Assembly (NCBI GenBank): GCA_041167565.1
Contig: JBEEHU010000004.1
Location: 10,699 to 74,698 of the forward strand
Reading direction: 5' to 3'
From: Verrucomicrobiota bacterium
GTDB taxonomy: Bacteria > Verrucomicrobiota > Verrucomicrobiia > Chthoniobacterales > UBA10450
DNA length: 64,000 nt
This document shows, in pieces, positions 42,501 to 51,500 of this stretch. The notes below the pieces were generated by a model. That model searched no databases, was not told the origin of the DNA, and saw nothing but the letters and a program-made list of their open reading frames with translations. Position numbers and translations under genes: made by a program. Positions within the stretch are counted from its first letter, which is position 1; each line of letters begins with the position of its first letter.

Positions 42501-45500
42501 TGTAAGAGGACTTCAGATCAATTCCACGACGAGCACAGGCATGAACGACCCGGGTGCCGCCATTACGGGAGTAAGTGTGAGCGAGGTGAGTATCGCCACC
42601 ACGAGCGGCACTGGAGTTGTTTTCTCCGGCACCGCTGGAACACTAACCTTCACCGGGCTGACAACGTCCGGTGGCACCGGCGCGAATCTGGTGGGCAACG
42701 GCAGCGGCACGTTCAATTTCTCAAACGTGGTGATCAGTTCGGGTGTCAATGCAGGTTTCATCGCCACCGGAGGGGGCACGGTCAACGTTACCGGTGCGAC
42801 CAATACGATCACCACCACGACTGGGACTGGCGTCAACATTGCGACTCCAACTGACATTGGCGGGAGCGGCGTGACCTTCAAGAGCGTTACCGTCAGCAAC
42901 GGCGCATCGAACAGCGCGGTGAATGGCATTATCCTCAATGGCACCACGGGCGCATTCACTGTGACCGGCGATGGCGCGACCAGCGGCGGATTCCTCGTCG
43001 AAAATGGAACGGGCGGGACCATCCAAAAAACGACCGGCGATGCGGTGTCGTTGACGAATGCGTCCAACGTGACGCTACGGCAGATGAGGATCACGAGCCC
43101 GGCGCTTGATGGCGTCAAAGCGACGGGCGGCGGCACTATTAAACTCTCCGCCGTTTTCATCAACACACCGGGCGCGTCGAACCCGGCTGCGGGTGGTGAC
43201 GGATTCGGCACAGGTAATGGCGTCCGACTCGAGAACGTTACTGGGGTCAACGCGATGGATAATAACTCGCGCATCACGAACTGGCAGGCATCGCAATCGA
43301 ACGCCTTCCTACTCCATAACACGGGCACGAACTTTACCTCGTTGACCTTCGACCATTCTAAGATCGACACGTCTGCGACCGGCGCGCCAGGCTTTCACTC
43401 GAACCTGAATGGCGCGACGACTGGTGCGGTGACGATAACGAATACGGAATTCACGCTCATCGACCAGAACGCGGCGCAGGTCATCAACAACGGTTCGGGG
43501 ACTATTCGTACAATCGTGCAGGGCAATAATTTCCACGATGCCGACGGGACCGCCGGCGACGGCAACAACACATTGTTCTTGTCGAATAGCCACGAGGGGC
43601 ACCACAACTTCACCATTGGCGGGGCGGGCGCGCTAGGTAACACCTTCCACAACCTGGCGCGGTTGACCACGCTTGCCGGCGTCGTACAGGTGGATTGCGC
43701 GGGTGGCGACGGCAGCACGCCGGCTGGTGGCACGATCAACGGCACGATCACCAACAACAACATCTGGAACGATGCCGGTTTCGTAAACGGCCGCCGCGCG
43801 ATAGACGTTCAAGTCGAGGCGGACTCGCACAATCTGGGACAGCTGGCCGTCGCCATCACCAACAACACGGTTAACAACGTCCAGGGCAATGCGATTCACG
43901 TCTCGGTCGTCTCGGTCGGTGGCGGCAGCGTTACCGACGCGAACTGGACTATCACCGGGAACAGCCTCGGCGCCGCTGGAACCAACAACGGTATTCGAGT
44001 TGGCCTTGATAATACGGACAGCTCTTCGGCAATCGAGTTCGAGACCAATGTCGATGTTATTGCGAGCAGCAATGCGGTGCTGGGCAACAAGCTTCTGGTT
44101 TCCGGCAACACCGGTGTCAATTCGGCGAATAACGCGACCGGCGGCACCTTGGATATCACAAATATCGGGTCAAGCGGAGCGAGCGGCAGTGCCACACTCC
44201 ACGCGACGATCACGAACAATACTCTGACCAACGTCGACACGGCGGGCACGGGCCACGTGCTCGATGTTCTAAACAGCAGCGCCAGCAGTCACGAAACTCT
44301 CAACCTGAACATCACCGGCAACAATACGACGTTGGGCGCTTCGGCGGCGGGCGAAATCCGACTGCGCCAGCTGGCTGGCACCTACAACATTCAAGGCGGA
44401 ATCGCGGCGGTGAGCGCGAACAACAGTGGAGATACGGTGAACACTACGGGAACCTTCGGAACCGTCGGCTCCGTGCTAACACCGACCAACCCGTCGTTCC
44501 TCATCCTAGCACCCGGTGGTATTGATGCGCGCACTCCGGCCGCTTCATTCTCCTCACACCCGGCGATCGCGGATGAAGCTAAGCTCCGGGGTATTGTTCC
44601 CGCATTCCCCTCCGCGATCCAAGGCGTCGCCGATCCGCGGCAGCAATCCAGAGTCCACTCGTCGGGTATACTCACACAGGAGCGACTCGATTCGCTTGTC
44701 GCTGCCGCGATTGCGCGCTGGCAGGCAACAGGTTTGACCGCGAGACAACTCGGGGTCCTGCTTAGCCTAAAGTTCGAAGTTGGCGCTCTGGCCGCCTTAC
44801 ATCTTGGCGAAGCGAATGGCAATTTGATTCGCGTGGACAAGAACGGGGGCGGGAATGGGTGGTTCGTCGGCAACGATGACGCTCAATTCGCAACTAACGT
44901 GTCGGGTGAGCGTGGTTACACCGACCCGACAAGCGCACCGGCCGGACGAATTGATCTGCTGACGACGATCATGCACGAGATGGGTCATGCCCTGGGTCTC
45001 CCCGATAGCTACGATGAGAAGGACCGCGACAAGGTGATGTATGGCTTCCTGACCACTGGCGAGCGCCGCGTTCCTGCTGCTGGCGACGCCGTTGGCGCGA
45101 AACCCAATGCTCAAACCACGCCGCAGTTCCTCGCGTCTCCGGCTGCGAGCGACAAGTACACGATCGGCGATATCCCGCCCGGGAAGACGGTTGTCGTTAC
45201 CTTCCAGGTCCAGGTCGAGAATCCGCTGAGCCCGACAAGCACAACCCAGATCTCCAATCAGGGGACCGTCAGCGGAACTAACTTCGCCACGGTTAATGGC
45301 GTCCCCGTCGCCAATCCGAACACCGACTCCGATAATCCGCCCGCCGGAGCGGCCGACCCGACCATCACTCTACTCTGCGCCAATCCAGCGACGGTCACTA
45401 CGAATGCGGATGCCGGGGCTGGTTCGTTGCGTCAGGCATTAATCGATGTCTGCGACGGTGGCACGATTACATTCTCGAACACCACGGCGGGGGGTGCGGT

Positions 45501-48500
45501 GAACTTCTACGATGGCAGTCCGCATACCATCACGTTGGCGAGTGAGTTAGTCGTCGGCAAAAATGTTACCATCAATGGCCCAGGCGCGAACGTTCTCACC
45601 GTCGGAGGCAACAACATCTTTAGATTGGTGAACATAACACTGCCGGCCAGCGGCACGGCAACCATCCAGGGTCTGTCGTTCACGGGAGGCAGGGCTGATC
45701 CGGCCGGCGCCGGCACGAACGGCGGCGCGATCGAGTTCAATAGCGTGGGGACGCTCAACCTGAATAACTGCGAATTTTTTGCCAACACCAAGACGGCGGC
45801 CGGAGACGTCATCTTTTCCAGTGCGGCAGCCAGGTTGAATATTAACGGCTGCGCGTTCCGAAATAATACGACGGAAGTCGTTATCCACATCGGCAGCACG
45901 CCTGCGACGATCGTTAATTCCACCATTTCAAATAACACGGCCCTGGCGGTGCGCGTCGATGGTGGCCCAGCGGTGGGCGTGACTAATTGCACCATCGCGA
46001 ATAATAGCGTGGGCGGCATTGGCCTTGCCCCTGGCGGCGGCGGCACCGTGACGCTCACGAACACCATCCTGAGTCAGAACAATGGAAATGACCTCACCCG
46101 GACTGACGCGGATTGCTCCGGGAACCAGAAGTTTAACTCGGGCGGTCACAACCTGATTGACGACGCCACCAGCTCGAAACTCTGCAACAGTCCGCAGCCG
46201 GGGGACCTACTCGGCGCGGCCTTTGACCCGCTCCTCGGCAGCCTGGCCGGCAATGGCGGACCAACTCAGACGCGTCTTCCTGCACTGGGCAGCCAGGTAA
46301 CCAATGCGGCGGCTGACTGGACGACCCTCAGCAGCAACATCGATAACGTCCAAACCACAATTACCGTCGCAGACCCCAGCGGTATCACGGTTGGTTCCAC
46401 CATCCGCATTGACCTTGAACAGATGAGCGTGACTGCTGTGGTCAGTAATACCCTTACGGTGACGCGCGGCGCCAACGCCACCACCGCTGCCGCGCATACC
46501 AGCGGAGCAGGTGTGAGTTCGGCCTTCGATCAGCGCGGCTTCCCGCGCAAGGTCGGAGCCGCGGTCGACATCGGCGCGGTGGAAACCAACTTCACCATAA
46601 CTACTACTGCGGGCACGCCGCAGAGCACGAAGGTAAACACAGCGTTCCCGGTGGCATTACAGGCGACGGTCAAGGAATCGGGCACGGCGCTGAGTGGTGT
46701 TTCAGTTACCTTCACGCCGCCCGCCAGCAACGTAGCTAGTGGGACCGCGACAACCAATCCTGCGACGACAAACGGCAGCGGGGTGGCGTCGACTGCCTTC
46801 ACGGCCAACGCGATCGCGGGCGGACCTTACATCGTGGCGGCCAGTGTAACAGGGCTTGCCTCGACTGCTGACTTCTCGCTTACCAATACGCCGCCTACCG
46901 TTACCATCGATCAGGCTTCGGGCCAGGCCGATCCGACTGCGGTTTCGCCGATCAACTTCACGGTAGTGTTTTCCGATCCGGTGACTGGCTTTGGTTCGGG
47001 CGGGGTGACCTTAAGCGGCACGGCCAATCCAACGGCTGCGGTCGTGACCGGTTCCGGCACCACCTACAACGTCGCCGTGAGCGGCATGACTGCGCAGCCC
47101 GGGACAGTGATAGCTACGGTAAACGCCGGCGCCGCTACTGACGGCGGAAGTAATGCGAACCTGGCTTCTACTTCGACCGATAACACTGTTACTTACGACA
47201 CTCCGCCTTCTGTGACGATCAACCAGGCCTCCGGCCAGGCTGATCCGACCAATGTCTCGCCGATCAACTTTACGGTCGTGTTTTCTGAGGCGGTGACAGG
47301 ATTCGGGTCGGGGGGCGTGGACCTTAGCGGCACGGCTAACCCAACGACCGCCGTAGTGACGGGTTCCGGTACGACCTACAACGTCGCAGTGAGCGGAATG
47401 AGTGCCCAAGGAACTGTGATAGCCAGCGTAAAGGCTGGCGCGGCGACCGACCCGGGCCTGAATCCAAACACAGCTTCGACCTCCACGGACAACACCGTAA
47501 TTTACGATAGCGTGCAGCCCACGGTCGCGATCAACCAGGCTTCCGGTCAGGCTGACCCGACCAATATTTCACCGATCAACTTCACGGTTGTCTTCTCCGA
47601 GGCGGTAACAGGCTTTGGCTCGGGCAGTGTGACCTTGTCCGGCACCGCGGGAGCGACAACGAAGGTGGTGACGGGTTCCGGGAATACCTACAACGTGGCA
47701 GTGAGCGGGATGACCGGCGACGGCACGGTGATTGCGACCGTCCCGGCTGGAGGAGCAACGGACGCGGCGGGGAACACGAATGCGGCTTCCACCTCTGCCG
47801 ATAACACCGTGACCTACGATACGACGAAACCTGACGTCACCATCAACCAGGCCTCCGGCCAGGCTGACCCGACCAATGCGTCGCCAATCAACTTCACCGT
47901 TGTCTTCACCGAAGCGGTCACGGGGTTTGGTTCTGGGAGCGTGACCTTGTCCGGCACGGCGGGCGCGACGACGAAAGTGGTAACAGGTTCGGGAACTACC
48001 TACAACGTGGCGGTAAGCGGGATGACCAGCGACGGCACGGTGATCGCGACCGTTCCGGCCGGAGGAGCCGCAGACGCAACTGGCAATACTAATAATGCGT
48101 CCAGTTCGACCGATAACACAGTCACCTACGACGTGACGAACCCGAGCGTAACGATCAATCAGGCATCCGGCCAGGCTGATCCGACCAACGCTTCGCCGAT
48201 CAATTTCACGGTCGTGTTTTCTGAGGCGGTGACAGGATTCGGATCGGGCGGAGTAACTCTCAGCGGCGCAGCCAACCCAACGACCGCCGTAGTGACGGGT
48301 TCCGGTACGACCTACAACGTCGCAGTGAGCGGAATGAGTGCCCAAGGAACTGTGATAGCCAGCGTAAAGGCTGGCGCGGCCATCGACTCGGGTTCTAATC
48401 CAAACACAGCCTCGACCTCCACGGACAACACCGTCACTTATGACAGCGTGAAACCCGCGGTGATGATTAATCAGGCCTCCAGTCAGGCTGACCCGACCAA

Positions 48501-51500
48501 TGCGTCGCCGATTAACTTCACGGTTGTTTTCTCCGAGGCGGTAACAGGCTTTGGCTCGGGCAGTGTGACATTGTCCGGCACAGCGGGCGCCACAACGAAA
48601 GTGGTGACGGGCTCCGGGAATACCTACAACGTGGCGGTAAGCGGGATGACCAGCGACGGCACAGTGATCGCCACTGTGCCGGCGGGAGGAGCAGCGGACG
48701 CGGCCGGGAACACTAACGCGGCTTCCACCTCCGCGGATAACACCGTGACCTACGACACCACGAAACCTGACGTCACGATCAATCAGGCCTCCGGCCAGGC
48801 TGATCCGGCTGGTGCTTCACCGATCAATTTCACGGTCGTCTTCACTGAATCGGTCACAGGGTTTGGTTCGGGCAGTGTGACCTTGTCCGGCACAGCGGGG
48901 GCGACGACGAAAGTGGTGACAGGTTCCGGGACCACCTACAACGTGGCGGTAAGCGGGATGACCAGCGACGGCACGGTGATCGCGACCATTCCGGCAGGAG
49001 GAGCAGCCGACGCGGCAGGGAACACTAATAGTGCGTCCAGTTCGACCGATAACACGGTCACCTACGATGGGACGAAACCGAGCGTAACGATCAATCAGGC
49101 ATCCGGCCAGCCAGATCCGAGTAATGCTTCGCCGATCAACTTCACGGTCGTCTTCACTGAATCGGTCACAGGGTTTGGCTCGGGCAGTGTGATCTTGTCC
49201 GGGACAGCGGGCGCGACGACGAAAGTGGTGACAGGGTCCGGGACCACTTACAACGTGGCCGTGAGCGGGATGACGAGCGACGGCACGGTGATCGCGACCG
49301 TGCCGGCGGGAGGCGCAACGGATGCGTCGGGGAACACGAACACGGTTTCGACCTCGACGGATAACACGGTCACCTATGATACGCTGAAACCCGCGGTGAT
49401 GATTAATCAGGCCTCCACTCAGGCTGACCCGACGAATGCGTCACCGATTAACTTCACGGTTGTTTTCTCCGAGGCCGTAACAGGCTTTGGTTCTGGTAGT
49501 GTGACTTTATCCGGCACCGCGGGTGCGACGACGAAAGTGGTGACAGGCTCCGGGACGACTTACAACGTAGCGGTGGGCGGGATGACCAGCGACGGCACGG
49601 TGATCGCCGCCGTGCCGGCGGGAGGAGCAGCGGACGCGGCGGGGAACACTAATGCGGCTTCCACCTCTGCCGATAACACCGTGACCTACGATACGACGAA
49701 ACCTGACGTCACCATCAACCAGGCCTCCGGCCAGCCAGATCCGACCAATGCTTCGCCGATCAACTTCACCGTTGTCTTCGCCGAAGCGGTCACAGGGTTT
49801 GGTTCTGGGAGCGTGACCTTGTCCGGGACAGCGGGCGCGACGACGAAAGTGGTAACAGGTTCGGGAACTACCTACAACGTGGCGGTAAGCGGGATGACCA
49901 GTAACGGCACGGTGATCGCGACCGTTCCGGCCGGAGGAGCAGCGGACGCGGCGGGGAACACTAATAATGCGTCCAGCTCAACCGATAACACGGTTACCTA
50001 TGATGGGACGAAACCTGGTGTGACGATTAACCAGGCATCCGGCCAGGCTGATCCTGCGAATGCTTCCCCGATCAATTTCACGGTCGTGTTCTCCGAGCCG
50101 GTCACCGGCTTTACGGGCAGCGGCGTGACCTTGTCCGGGACAGCGGGTGCGACCAGCAAGGTCGTGACCGGTTCCGGAGCCACCTATAATGTGGCTGTCA
50201 GCGGCATGACTTCACAGGGAACGGTCATTGCCACTGTCGCAGCGGGAAGCGCAGCGGATACGGCCGGGAACACGAACACGGTTTCCAGCTCGACCGATAA
50301 CACCGTGACCTACGACAATGTGCAGCCTTCGGTTAGTATTAACCAGGCATCCGGCCAGACTGATCCGACCAATGCTTCACCGATCAACTTCACGGTCGTC
50401 TTCTCCGAGTCGGTGACAGGGTTTGGTTCTGGGAGCGTGACCTTGTCCGGAACGGCGGGTGCCACGACGAAGGTGGTGACGGGCTCCGGGACAACCTACA
50501 ACGTGGCGGTAAGCGGAATGACCAGCAACGGGACAGTGATCGCCACGGTGCCGGCGGGAGGCGCCGCGGACGCAGCCGGCAATACTAATACCGTGTCCAC
50601 CTCAACCGATAACAGTGTTAACTACGATTCGACCCAGCCGAGTGTGACCATTAACCAGGCCGCTGCTCAATCGGATCCGGCCAATGCTTCACCGATCAAC
50701 TTTACGGTCGTCTTCTCCAAGCCGGTCGCAGGGTTTGGTTCCAGCGGCGTGGCCCTGTCCGGCACGGCGGGCGCGACGACGAAGGTCGTAACAGGCTCTG
50801 GCGCCACCTACAATGTCGCGGTAAGCGGGATGACCAGCGACGGCACGGTGATTGCAACGGTTCCGGCGGGCAGCGCGGCCGACTCTGCTAACAATACTAA
50901 CACGGCGTCCACGTCGACCGATAACACGGTGACCTACGACACGGGGAACCCGAGCGTAACGATCAATCAGGCCTCCGGCCAGGTTGATCCGACCAACGCT
51001 TCGCCCATCAATTTTACGGTGGTGTTCTCCGAGGTGGTCACTGGCTTTAGCGGCAGCGGCGTGACCTTGTCCGGGACAGCGGGAGCGACCAGCAAGGTCG
51101 TAACCGGTTCCGGCACGACCTACAACGTAGCTGTCAGTGGCATGACTTCACAGGGAACGGTCATCGCCAGTGTGGCGGCCGGTGCGGCCGCGGATGGAGC
51201 CGGTAACACGAATAACACCTCCACTTCGACTGATAACACCGTCACCTATGACAATGTGCAGCCTTCGGTCACCATTAACCAGGCCTCCACGCAATCTGAT
51301 CCGACCAATGCTTCACCGATCAACTTCACGGTCGTCTTCTCCGAGTCGGTCACCGGCTTTAGTGCGAGTGGGGTGACTTTATCCGGGACAGCCGGTGCGA
51401 CCTCAAAAGTGGTGACAGGATCCGGGACGACTTACAACGTTGCTGTCAGCGGCATGACATCGCAAGGAACAGTGATAGCCACGGTGCCGGCGGGAGGAGC

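Noticed and set aside
39844-48345. Long antisense ORFs inside the giant gene (39844-41241, 42513-43370, 47011-47409, 47569-48345 and others)
   Set aside because: They mirror the repeat structure of the sense strand and are Arg/Gly-rich with low complexity. They have no motifs and are the expected by-product of a GC-rich gene with few stop codons on the opposite strand.
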